DNA of 63,457 bases, counting the filler, from Nitrospinota bacterium (lineage in GTDB: Bacteria > JADFOP01): the NCBI GenBank assembly GCA_022562795.1. It is 7 parts of 7 records of this genome, joined end to end, with 100 filler letters (N's around TTAATTAATTAA, not from the genome) between each part and the next. Parts side by side here need not be neighbours in the genome. Positions count along the whole stretch, not along the records: positions 7,803 to 21,562 come from JADFOP010000050.1; positions 21,663 to 35,367 come from JADFOP010000051.1; 5 more parts are not named here. One strand, 5' to 3'. The notes beneath the pieces are model-generated. The model saw only the letters and a program-made list of their open reading frames with translations. It did no database searches and was not told the origin of the DNA. Position numbers and translations under genes: made by a program. Positions 19,690 to 28,228 of this stretch are shown here, piece by piece (the stretch's first letter is position 1; every line of letters starts with the position of its first letter).

Positions 19690-20452
19690 CGACCAAGTGG
19701 AGCGAGCTGTGACCGATGAACCCATCATCGAGCCGACCCGTCGCCCCGGCGACCCTACTGTCCCGGGGGCGGTCGCCCTCGTCCCTGCGCCCTTCGCCTA
19801 CCACCGGGCGGCCCGACACCTGAAGGGCATCGCCGAAGGGGTGCGCGACCGCAGGGTGGAGTTCTTCCACCTCTGCTCGCTCGCTGATGCGGTCGAGCCG
19901 TGGTCTCTGGCCGGCCCGGCCCTCGGGGCTCCTGCGGCGGTCCTGGCTCTGGAGAAACTCACGGTCCTCGGGGCCGAAAGAATCCTCGTGCTCGGCCCCT
20001 GTGGATCGCTGGCCGATGAGGCGCCCATAGGGACGGTGATAGTGGCCACCGAAGCGGTTAGCGAAGAAGGGACGAGCCGCCTCTACGGGGCCGAGCCGGA
20101 CCGGCCCCTCGCTGTAGCCGCCCCCCTGCTTAGAGGGCTTGAGACAGCCCTGGCCGCCTCGGGGATTCACTACCTGTGCGGCCCCGTCTGGACCACCGAC
20201 GCCCCCTACCGTGAGACCCGCCGGAAGGTTCAGCGATATCAGGCCGAGGGCGCCCTCGCCGTGGAGATGGAACTGTCCGCCTGCCTGGCGGCCGGGGCTT
20301 TCCGGGGGGTGAGCGTGGCCGGGCTCTTCGTCGTCTCCGATGAGCTCTTCGCCCTCCAGTGGGTCAAGGGGTTCGACAACCCGGCTTACGTGGCCGCCTT
20401 CCAGCGGGTTATCGAGGCGCTGCCTGCGCTGCTTCGGAGCCTGGCGGGATGA
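19682..20452 (+). CDS. nucleoside phosphorylase family protein
   Basis: EEGTS, VWTTDAPYRET, AVEME, VVSD. Confidence 0.85.
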   Translation: MLNDQVERAVTDEPIIEPTRRPGDPTVPGAVALVPAPFAYHRAARHLKGIAEGVRDRRVEFFHLCSLADAVEPWSLAGPALGAPAAVLALEKLTVLGAERILVLGPCGSLADEAPIGTVIVATEAVSEEGTSRLYGAEPDRPLAVAAPLLRGLETALAASGIHYLCGPVWTTDAPYRETRRKVQRYQAEGALAVEMELSACLAAGAFRGVSVAGLFVVSDELFALQWVKGFDNPAYVAAFQRVIEALPALLRSLAG

Positions 20453-20614
20453 GGCGCAAACCGCCCACCGTGGCCCTCTACGTGTCGGGCCACGGGTTCG
20501 GCCACGCGGTTCGATGCGCAGAGCTCATCCGCCGGAGAGCGGCCCGAAGGGCCCGTGGTGGACTGCTCGGGAGGGGAGGTGGCGGCTCGAGCGATCCTCG
20601 AGCACCTCGGCTGA
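20449..20614 (+). pseudogene. glycosyltransferase-like gene with a large internal deletion
   Basis: N-terminal YVSGHGFGHAVR joined out of frame to a C-terminal-like SGGEVAARAILEHLG*. Confidence 0.65.
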
Positions 20615-20840
20615 AGCTACCCAATTATACGGTCGGTGATATAAAGGGATTGTTACTGAAAATTGTCCAGGAAAAATTTGCACTATTCATTATTGGTGTA
20701 TATTTCAACGAAATATGATACTTGACAGGCAAAGATAAAAGCCAAAATATTATCGTGAAGTCCGCTATTTTGATGAACAGTGGATCACCGAAGGAGGGGG
20801 TTTAACTCGGACAACTTGCTTAGAAGCGTGCATGTCCATG

Positions 20841-21290
20841 TTAGGTCTTATGGCCATTCGGCTTTGCGTTAATAATTTGTTCCCATACACCAACCGCATT
20901 AGCAGGTGAAGGTTTTATATAGACAACACCGTCGTCTGTGTCTTCAATGGTTCCCAGACGGAGCATAATTGCTGCTGAATGACCTAGGCGCATGCTGAGC
21001 AGTAGGGTACGAAGAATCATCCCGCAGTCGTCCCCGCTCGGTGTTTCAGTAGAGCTGTACGCAATCGTCCAGCCAGCGTCGTCTTCCTCCTTGGCGTGGA
21101 ACAAGTTCCTTACACCGAAAATAGAAGGATGCGAATAATCCGATAGAATCGCATAAACGACACGGGCCTCATTGGACCTGTGGCCAGTGCAGACACTGTA
21201 GTATCGATCCAGTGCATCGATTGCGTTCATGATGCTCGACGGTTCCACCCAACGCTGCCCGTCCGACCCATTCCACCGACTGAGCGATGT
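20841..21290 (-). pseudogene. 3' part of a lower-GC hypothetical gene
   Basis: IMNAIDALD...YAILSDYSHPS; 5' end replaced by Sel1-repeat sequence. Confidence 0.55.
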
Positions 21291-21562
21291 TGATGGGGAC
21301 GCCCTCGCCGCGAGCATGCATGGCCCCCAATTGGAACTGCGCCCCGACGTGGCCCTGGGCCGCGGCCCGCTGGAACCACCGTGCGGCCTCGGCGTCGTCC
21401 TCGGGAACCCCCCGGCCCAGCGCGTACATTTCCCCGAGCTGGAATTGCGCCTCCGGATTCCCGGCCTCCACCAAGGGCTCCAGGATGCGGAGCACCCGCT
21501 CGAAGCGCCCGCGTTCGTAAGCGCTCCGGGCACTTTCCAGATCGGTGGGCCAAACCGCCCAT
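21169..21562 (-). pseudogene. Sel1-like repeat protein fragment
   Basis: AQFQLGEMYALGRGVPED...WFQRAAAQGHVGAQFQLG; frame is open to the contig end. Confidence 0.7.
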
Positions 21563-21662
21563 NNNNNNNNNNNNNNNNNNNNNNNNNNNNNNNNNNNNNN
21601 NNNNNNTTAATTAATTAANNNNNNNNNNNNNNNNNNNNNNNNNNNNNNNNNNNNNNNNNNNN
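21563..21662. other. artificial contig linker
   Basis: N-run + TTAATTAATTAA + N-run. Confidence 0.99.
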
Positions 21663-21781
21663 TTGAGAATATGCCAACCCTAATTTATTGGGAGATAGGT
21701 TTGATGTCCCGATGAGACTGTCGAAAAAGGCGGGGTTTTTATGAGCGGGATGCAACAGTGATCCGTTGCCCGAGCCTAGAA

Positions 21782-22120
21782 TTAACTGGGGTCGAGCGCC
21801 CGGATCTCTCCGGTCTCTTGAACTGCGACCTCGTATCCCTCAATTTCGGAAGGAATCTGCTTGACGAGCTCGGCGGTTTTCTTCACGACGAAGACTTTGA
21901 TACACGGCTGCCCCGAGCACTCGCCGAGGGCGGTCCCCACAACGCCGGGTAGCGACATCAGGCTATCGGTGTGCTCCTTGAGCACCGCTTCGATCGTCTT
22001 TTCCGGCATGAGCCTCTCTCCTGGTCCGTCTTCCACGCCCTGCTGGCCACACGCCACCACCACAGCAACGAGCCAGAGAAGGCCAACCAAAGACACCGAT
22101 GCCCTTACCAGGAATCTCAT
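21782..22120 (-). CDS. lipoprotein resembling the prodomain of the upstream protease
   Basis: Lipobox VVVAC; EHTDSLMSLPGVVGTALG...IPSEIEGYEVAVQETGEIRAL. Confidence 0.8.
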   Translation of the reverse strand: MRFLVRASVSLVGLLWLVAVVVACGQQGVEDGPGERLMPEKTIEAVLKEHTDSLMSLPGVVGTALGECSGQPCIKVFVVKKTAELVKQIPSEIEGYEVAVQETGEIRALDPS

Positions 22121-22246
22121 TGAACGATACCCGTTCCTTCCCGTCAACCCCTAAACAAAGCTTCCTCAAAAACAGGGCAGGGAAGAGGAACCTGGGCCTC
22201 TTCCCTGCAAGCTACGCCGAGTAGCTCCGTATACAGGTCTGGGGTG

Positions 22247-23326
22247 TTACTGCCCGTCAACGGTCACAAAAAACCGGTCCAGGACCGGGTCAATGGGATT
22301 GGCAACGGTAATAAACACGCTGCCGGCGAACAGTAGCCCCACAGGCCTACGGTCGTCTGCGCTGGTCCTTCCCTTACCATCGAAAACCACGAGTGAACCG
22401 GAGTCTCCACCAGCGCTAAAGCTCCCTGGCTCGATAATGATCTGGTTCACAAATCTCGCTACACCACTGCCATAGCCCACGTTTATCGTGGCATTGATGG
22501 CGCTAACTCTCCCTTTGGTCTCCGACGTGGTCCGCCCGTATTTCTTTACTTTCTGGTTGATAAATGCAGCCATGGTAGTGCTCTTCGGTGTTCCGTATCC
22601 GTCGGACGGCGTGGCGTTGCCGAGAACGCCTGTCGAAGAGAGGGCGATTGCCGCATCCATCGTGTTGCTGGCAGAAGTGGAGAAAACGATCGGCTCAAAA
22701 TCGTACAAGGTACCGATGGCATCGGCAGGGGAGCTGCCCCCATCGTAGGGACCCGGCTGCAGCACGTCGTCGCTGATGATGGCGTTATTTTCGTCGGCGT
22801 ATACGTGGTTATTGCTCAAGGCAAAAACGTTGATACCATCCGTGACCCGCGCTCCGATGGTGCCGGCAGTAATATCCGGGTGACCGGTTGAAACGCCGAT
22901 CGGTACAGGGCGAGGCCATCTGTCGGTCGGGGTGAGACCAGGGTCAGGTTCGGGGTCAGTGGGGTCGTCCCCGCCCCTGCCAGGGCCACCGCCGTGGCCG
23001 GGACGATGGTGCAGGGCGTAGACCCTTCCGGTTACCTGTACCACCACCGGAACGCCGTCCAGCCTCTTGGGAAGCCCGGCGACTCCCGCTGTCTCAATAA
23101 AGATCTTGACCACCGGCACTCCATCCGCATTGTAGCCAACGGCCGTGCCGATGACACCTGGATTAGCCAGCAGGGCATCGGTGTGCCACTCCTGGGCTGC
23201 GATGGCGGTCTCAAGCCCTTGCCCACCCCTACCAGACTGGCCGTAGATTGGCGAGGCGACCAGGGCAGCGAGTAGAACTACAGCAATCAGGGAGCCTAAC
23301 GACAGTAACTTCTTCATCTTTTCCAT
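22247..23326 (-). CDS. secreted trypsin-like (Nal1-like) serine protease
   Basis: Signal peptide; catalytic triad motifs SNNHV, MDAA, GDSGS. Confidence 0.88.
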   Translation of the reverse strand: MEKMKKLLSLGSLIAVVLLAALVASPIYGQSGRGGQGLETAIAAQEWHTDALLANPGVIGTAVGYNADGVPVVKIFIETAGVAGLPKRLDGVPVVVQVTGRVYALHHRPGHGGGPGRGGDDPTDPEPDPGLTPTDRWPRPVPIGVSTGHPDITAGTIGARVTDGINVFALSNNHVYADENNAIISDDVLQPGPYDGGSSPADAIGTLYDFEPIVFSTSASNTMDAAIALSSTGVLGNATPSDGYGTPKSTTMAAFINQKVKKYGRTTSETKGRVSAINATINVGYGSGVARFVNQIIIEPGSFSAGGDSGSLVVFDGKGRTSADDRRPVGLLFAGSVFITVANPIDPVLDRFFVTVDGQ

Positions 23327-23515
23327 CCTTTCACATGATCAAAGGGGATCTTTACGCTCCGTTTCATGGTTACTTCCCTCCCTTAATAACCATCGGTCTG
23401 AAGTTCGAGAAAGTTAGTCCAATTGCGGGTTTTCATCTGGGCCCATTAACCTTCAAGCGGCTGTGCCGCCAGGCATCTACCATAATGACCCCGCAATTGG
23501 TCATCCAGTTCAATG

Positions 23516-23531
23516 AGCAAGCTTAGTGCCA
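23516..23531 (-). promoter_or_regulatory. sigma54 -24/-12 promoter
   Basis: Minus strand TGGCAC-TAAGC-TTGCT upstream of the protease. Confidence 0.75.
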
Positions 23532-23799
23532 CTAGACTGATGCATACTCAAACAGGTCTATAAGCAAGCTTCATTCCATTTGCAAATATAATGAAATCAA
23601 TGGTATACGTTTTTTAATAATCTCCATGGATAGGCAAAAAATTCCCACGAGAGCCTATATTTGTCAGCCGGAAATTAATGAAATAGAAAGGTTTGGTGAT
23701 GATATGGTCGGGCGTTAATGCAACCCTCGGCTCATCAACGAGGCTACGAGTGCCTTGCTACAGAGGTCTTTCAGAGATGAGGCCATCAGGGTGCGGACC

Positions 23800-23868
23800 C
23801 TACCCTCTATTAACCCTGACGATGACCCTCCTCGTCCTGGGGCCGTCGAATTCGCCGAGGAAGATGTG
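23800..23868 (-). pseudogene. C-terminal remnant of a YjbQ-family gene
   Basis: HIFLGEFDGPRTRRVIVRVNRG*. Confidence 0.55.
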
Positions 23869-24025
23869 TCCTCGACCCTCGACCACATCGTGGCCGCCGT
23901 CGCCGGGTGACTGGTCGGGACCATAGCAGGCGCACTAGAGGTGCGCGGAATCCCGTCTCAACCGGACAAGCTCAAGACCACCGCCGAAGGCGACATCGAA
24001 GAAGTGGACGGCAAGGCCGTCCCTA
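23869..24025 (+). pseudogene. fragment of an OsmC-like putative selenoprotein
   Basis: STLDHIVAAVAG-(TGA 23908)-LVGTIAGALEVRGIP...AEGDIEEVDG; hairpin downstream of the TGA. Confidence 0.65.
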
Positions 24026-24026
24026 T

Positions 24027-24107
24027 ATCCCGAGTAGTTCCGCCTTAGGCGGACCTTAGGCAGATGACCCCGACACCTTTTAAGGCGGAACCACGACATA
24101 TCGGGAT
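24027..24107. repeat. palindromic MITE-like element
   Basis: ATCCCGA..GTTCCGCCTTA ... TAAGGCGGAAC..TCGGGAT; related GTAGTTCCGCC at about 5588. Confidence 0.55.
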
Positions 24108-24108
24108 G

Positions 24109-24528
24109 TTAAGCCGACGCCAGCTCTGCTGTTCTTTTGCCCTCTTTCCTACGAAATTGGAGGCAGGCTACAATCGTGACCGTGGTTCCAACGACGTAGC
24201 CGGTGATTATCCACCACAGAGGGGCGGTAATTCTTTCCACACCTATGGCTAAAACGAAGAGAGCCGTAGCAAAAATTGCGTGGACGACTGTTAAGACTAT
24301 GGCGACGATGAAGGAATGCCTTGGAGCGGTTTGCGCCCCGAGCCAGACAAAACCATAAGGGGCCGCTACAATCGTTCCAATCTTAACTAACCAGCTTGCA
24401 AAGTTCCAAAGCCCCATGGGGTAAAATACATTGCCTATTGCCATGACGGATATCTGGGCGCCGACCCAAGCAACTACCGCCATAGGCAAAACAAGCCCCC
24501 AGCGCAACCAATCAGGCAGCTCCCTCAT
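24109..24528 (-). CDS. four-TM hypothetical membrane protein
   Basis: Hydrophobic ORF with lower GC than the neighbouring core genes. Confidence 0.7.
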   Translation of the reverse strand: MRELPDWLRWGLVLPMAVVAWVGAQISVMAIGNVFYPMGLWNFASWLVKIGTIVAAPYGFVWLGAQTAPRHSFIVAIVLTVVHAIFATALFVLAIGVERITAPLWWIITGYVVGTTVTIVACLQFRRKEGKRTAELASA

Positions 24529-24689
24529 CGCCCTAACCCCACTCCCTCGCTCACCACCAGGCGACCTTACCAATGCCGGAATCTCTCTCATTCTACCACC
24601 CCGCCCTCCCTCTTCAACAAATCAAAACCGCCCTGGCCGCCTCGGCCAGCGCAGATGTGGGTTTATCCTCGTCCCCCGCTGTCTTCGCC

Positions 24690-24718
24690 TTGACGCCCTT
24701 GGCCCTCTCAGGTAGACT
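24690..24718 (+). promoter_or_regulatory. sigma70 promoter of the lysS operon
   Basis: TTGACG-N17-TAGACT. Confidence 0.55.
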
Positions 24719-24756
24719 GCCTCACCATAATTTAAGCAGTTACAGAGGATGCCGGG

Positions 24757-26256
24757 ATGCCTCTCGATGAGATGAACGAGCTTATCCGCCAGCGCCTGGG
24801 CAAGCTCGAAGAGCTTCGGGCCGAGGGGGTGGAGCCTTATCGAGCCCGCTACCGGGTGGACCATGCCATAGGGCCGCTGGTGGCCGAGTACGGCCCCCAA
24901 AGCGCCGATGCGCTCGCAGAAGCCGCCGTCGGTGTTGGGGTAGCGGGGAGAATGATGAGCCTTCGCGATATGGGCAAGACCGCCTTCGCCCACCTCCAGG
25001 ACGCCACAGGCCGCCTCCAGATATACGTCAGGCAGGACGATATCGGCAAAGAGGCCTTCGGCCGCTTCAAGCGCTTCGACATCGGCGACTTCGTGGGCGT
25101 CGAGGGGACGCTCATCAAGACCAAGACGGGGGAGCTCACCGTGAGAGCCGATGCGGTTGTCCTGGTGACGAAGAGTCTCAGGCCCCTACCGGAGAAGTGG
25201 CACGGCCTTAAAGACATCGAGACCCGCTACCGGCAACGCTATGTGGACCTCGTGGTGAACGAGGAGGTCCGGGAGCTTTTCCGGCTCAGAAGCCGTCTTA
25301 TCCAGCTCATCCGACATTTTCTTGACGCCAGAGGGTTCCTGGAAGTCGAGACCCCGATGATGCAGCCGCTCCACGGAGGGGCGGCGGCCAGGCCGTTCAA
25401 GACCTTCCACCACGCCCTGGGCATCGACCTCTATCTACGAGTCGCCCCGGAATTGTATCTGAAGCGCCTCGTGGTGGGCGGGTTCGAGAAGGTTTACGAG
25501 GTCAACCGCAACTTTAGAAACGAAGGTCTCTCTAGCGAGCACAACCCAGAGTTCACTATGCTCGAATTTTACCAGGCCTACGCCGACTACCAGGACCTGA
25601 TGGGCTTCGTAGAGAAGATGATAGCCCACCTGGCCCGGGAGCTATTCGGCACGACGACGCTACGCTATAAGGGAGAGGAGCTTAGGCTTGATCCCCCGTT
25701 CGCCGTCCACACTCTTAGGGAGGCCCTCGTGAAGGTGGGTGGCCTGCCTGAAGGGGTCGCCGTCGACGAGGACGCCGCCCGGGCCACCTGTATGGAGCGG
25801 GAGATTCCGCTCAAGGGCGACGAGTCGCTGGGGCGCCTCCAGGGGCTCCTGCTCGATAAGGTCGTGGAGCCCAAGCTTTTCCAGCCGACCTTCGTGGTCG
25901 ACTTCCCCCGCGAGCTCTCGCCCCTGGCCCGCTCTAAAGACGACGAGCCGGAGCTTGTCGAGCGGTTCGAGCTTTTTATAGGCGGCAAGGAAATTGCGAA
26001 CGCTTACACCGAGCTTAACGACCCTCTCGAGCAGAGGGCGCGCTTCGAGCAGCAGGCCGCCGCCCGGGCCGCCGGTGACGAAGAGGCCCACCCCATGGAC
26101 CGCGATTTCCTCCGCGCCCTGGAGTACGGCATGCCCCCCACGGCGGGATGCGGGATAGGTATCGACCGGCTGGTGATGGCGCTTACCGACAGCCCCTCCA
26201 TTCGCGATGTCATTCTCTTTCCCCACATGCGGCCGGAAGCGGGCGAGGAGCCCTAG
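24757..26256 (+). CDS. lysS: lysine--tRNA ligase (class II)
   Basis: [43 protein letters not shown]. Confidence 0.98.
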   Translation: MPLDEMNELIRQRLGKLEELRAEGVEPYRARYRVDHAIGPLVAEYGPQSADALAEAAVGVGVAGRMMSLRDMGKTAFAHLQDATGRLQIYVRQDDIGKEAFGRFKRFDIGDFVGVEGTLIKTKTGELTVRADAVVLVTKSLRPLPEKWHGLKDIETRYRQRYVDLVVNEEVRELFRLRSRLIQLIRHFLDARGFLEVETPMMQPLHGGAAARPFKTFHHALGIDLYLRVAPELYLKRLVVGGFEKVYEVNRNFRNEGLSSEHNPEFTMLEFYQAYADYQDLMGFVEKMIAHLARELFGTTTLRYKGEELRLDPPFAVHTLREALVKVGGLPEGVAVDEDAARATCMEREIPLKGDESLGRLQGLLLDKVVEPKLFQPTFVVDFPRELSPLARSKDDEPELVERFELFIGGKEIANAYTELNDPLEQRARFEQQAAARAAGDEEAHPMDRDFLRALEYGMPPTAGCGIGIDRLVMALTDSPSIRDVILFPHMRPEAGEEP

Positions 26257-26259
26257 AGC

Positions 26260-27513
26260 ATGCGCTACGAGTGGTTCGTCAGCCTGCGGTACTTGCGTAG
26301 CAGGCGAAAGCCGGTCTTCATCAACGTCACCACCCTCTTTTCCGTGGCGGGCATCCTTGTGGGGGTTATGGCCCTGATCGTCGTGCTGGGCGTGATGACG
26401 GGATTCGAAGAGGACCTCCGCGATAAGATACTCGGGGCCCGGGCCCACATTACCGTGCTTGAGCCTGCCAGCCGGGGGATGGCCGAGTGGCGGCAGGTCC
26501 TAGAAGACGTTAGCCCCGTGCCCCACGTAGTGGCCGCCACCCCTTTTGTTGACGAACAGGTCTTTCTCTCGGCGGGCGAGCGCACCGTGGGGGTGCTCCT
26601 AAGGGGCATCGACGTAGAGCGCGCGCCTGCGGTTACGGCCATCGATGACTCCATGGTCCGGGGCGGCCTCGCTGACCTGACAGACGGCGGGGAGACGCCG
26701 TCGGGCATCATCGTCGGGGTGGAGCTGGCCCGCTCCCTGGGGGCGGAGATGGGCGCCTCCGTGACCGTCGTCTCTCCCAGGGGCCGGGCCACGGCCGTAG
26801 GCTACATCCCCCGGATGCAGACCTTTACCGTCGTCGGCGTCTTCGACTCCGGCTACTACGAGTACGACCACAACGTGGCCCTAGTCTCTCTGCCCGCCGC
26901 CCAACGCCTCCTGGGGCTTGAGGGGCGGGTCAGCGGGGTGGATATCAAGCTCGATGACATCTTCGCCGCCGGGGCCGTTCGAGCCGACCTCCAGCGCTCT
27001 CTAGGCTTCCCCTACTGGGTCGTCGACTGGAAAACCCGCAACGAGAGCCTATTCTCCGCCCTCAAAGTGGAGAAGAACGTCATGTTCATCATTCTCACCA
27101 TGATCGTGCTGGTGGCAGGCTTCAGCATCGCCTCGAGCCTCGTGATGGTGGTGATGGAGAAGCGAAAAGACATCGCCATTCTGAAGGCCATGGGGGCCAC
27201 CCAGGCCTCCCTCATGGCCATCTTCACCATTCAGGGGTTCATAATAGGCGCCGCCGGGATACTCCTCGGCCTCCTCGGCGGGCTCGGCATGGCCCGGTAT
27301 CTGAATGAAATTGAAGGGGCTTTGGAATTGCTCTTTCATATTGAAATCTTTCCGAAAAGCATCTATTATTTAGACAGGCTGCCGGTTCACGTCCGGTGGT
27401 TCGATGTGGCAGTCGTTTTGCTCACGGCGCTCGTGGTCAGCGTGATTGCCGCATTGTACCCTGCGTGGCGGGCCTCCCGGCTTGACCCGGTCGAGGCGAT
27501 TCGGTATGAGTGA
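26260..27513 (+). CDS. lolC: lipoprotein-releasing ABC transporter permease (LolC/E family)
   Basis: GVMALIVVLGVMTGF, EKRKDIAILKAMGA, YPAWRASRLDP. Confidence 0.92.
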   Translation: MRYEWFVSLRYLRSRRKPVFINVTTLFSVAGILVGVMALIVVLGVMTGFEEDLRDKILGARAHITVLEPASRGMAEWRQVLEDVSPVPHVVAATPFVDEQVFLSAGERTVGVLLRGIDVERAPAVTAIDDSMVRGGLADLTDGGETPSGIIVGVELARSLGAEMGASVTVVSPRGRATAVGYIPRMQTFTVVGVFDSGYYEYDHNVALVSLPAAQRLLGLEGRVSGVDIKLDDIFAAGAVRADLQRSLGFPYWVVDWKTRNESLFSALKVEKNVMFIILTMIVLVAGFSIASSLVMVVMEKRKDIAILKAMGATQASLMAIFTIQGFIIGAAGILLGLLGGLGMARYLNEIEGALELLFHIEIFPKSIYYLDRLPVHVRWFDVAVVLLTALVVSVIAALYPAWRASRLDPVEAIRYE

Positions 27514-28207
27514 GCCGGGAGGGGGTCTGCCACAGCCGGCCATTGTAGTAGAGGGCCTAGAGAAGGCCTACCCCTTCGGCAAGGGGTGGATCGAGGTTCT
27601 CCAGGGTGTGGACCTGACAGTAGAGCGGGGCGAGATGCTCGGCGTCGTCGGGGTAAGCGGGGCCGGCAAGAGCACCCTGCTCCACATCATGGGTGCGCTG
27701 GACCGCCCGACGGCAGGCACCGTCCGCTACGGTGGGGAGGATGTCTTCGCGCTTCCGGAGGCGAGCTTGGCCTCTTTCCGGAACACGCGGGTTGGCTTCA
27801 TCTTTCAGTTCCACCACCTTTTGGCGGAGTTTTCCATCTTGGAGAACACCATGATGGCATCGCTAATTGCCCGTCGCCCCGTCGCAACGGCCCGATCTGC
27901 GGCCGAGGAGCTCCTCGTCGCCGTGGGGCTTAAGGACCGCCTCCGGCACAAGCCTGGCGAGCTCTCCGGGGGAGAGCAGCAACGGGCGGCAGTGGCCCGG
28001 GCGCTCATCAACGAGCCCGATGTGGTGCTCGCCGACGAGCCCACGGGCAACCTAGACCGGGCCGCCGGCGAAGCGGTCCACGCCATGCTGCGCCGACTCA
28101 GCATCGAGCGCAGCCTGACATTTGTCGTGGCGACCCACAACGAGTCCCTGGCTGCCCAGCTGGATCGTGTAGTCCGGATCGAAGACGGCATTATCGTGCA
28201 GGCATAG
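27506..28207 (+). CDS. lolD: lipoprotein-releasing ABC transporter ATP-binding protein
   Basis: GVSGAGKST, LSGGEQQR, ADEPTGNLD. Confidence 0.93.
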   Translation: MSEPGGGLPQPAIVVEGLEKAYPFGKGWIEVLQGVDLTVERGEMLGVVGVSGAGKSTLLHIMGALDRPTAGTVRYGGEDVFALPEASLASFRNTRVGFIFQFHHLLAEFSILENTMMASLIARRPVATARSAAEELLVAVGLKDRLRHKPGELSGGEQQRAAVARALINEPDVVLADEPTGNLDRAAGEAVHAMLRRLSIERSLTFVVATHNESLAAQLDRVVRIEDGIIVQA

Positions 28208-28228
28208 AGCACTAATTGGGAGAACATT

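Noticed and set aside
21715-21740. GAGACTGTCGAAAAAG resembling an IS end
   Set aside because: Single short motif with no partner repeat or transposase in the window
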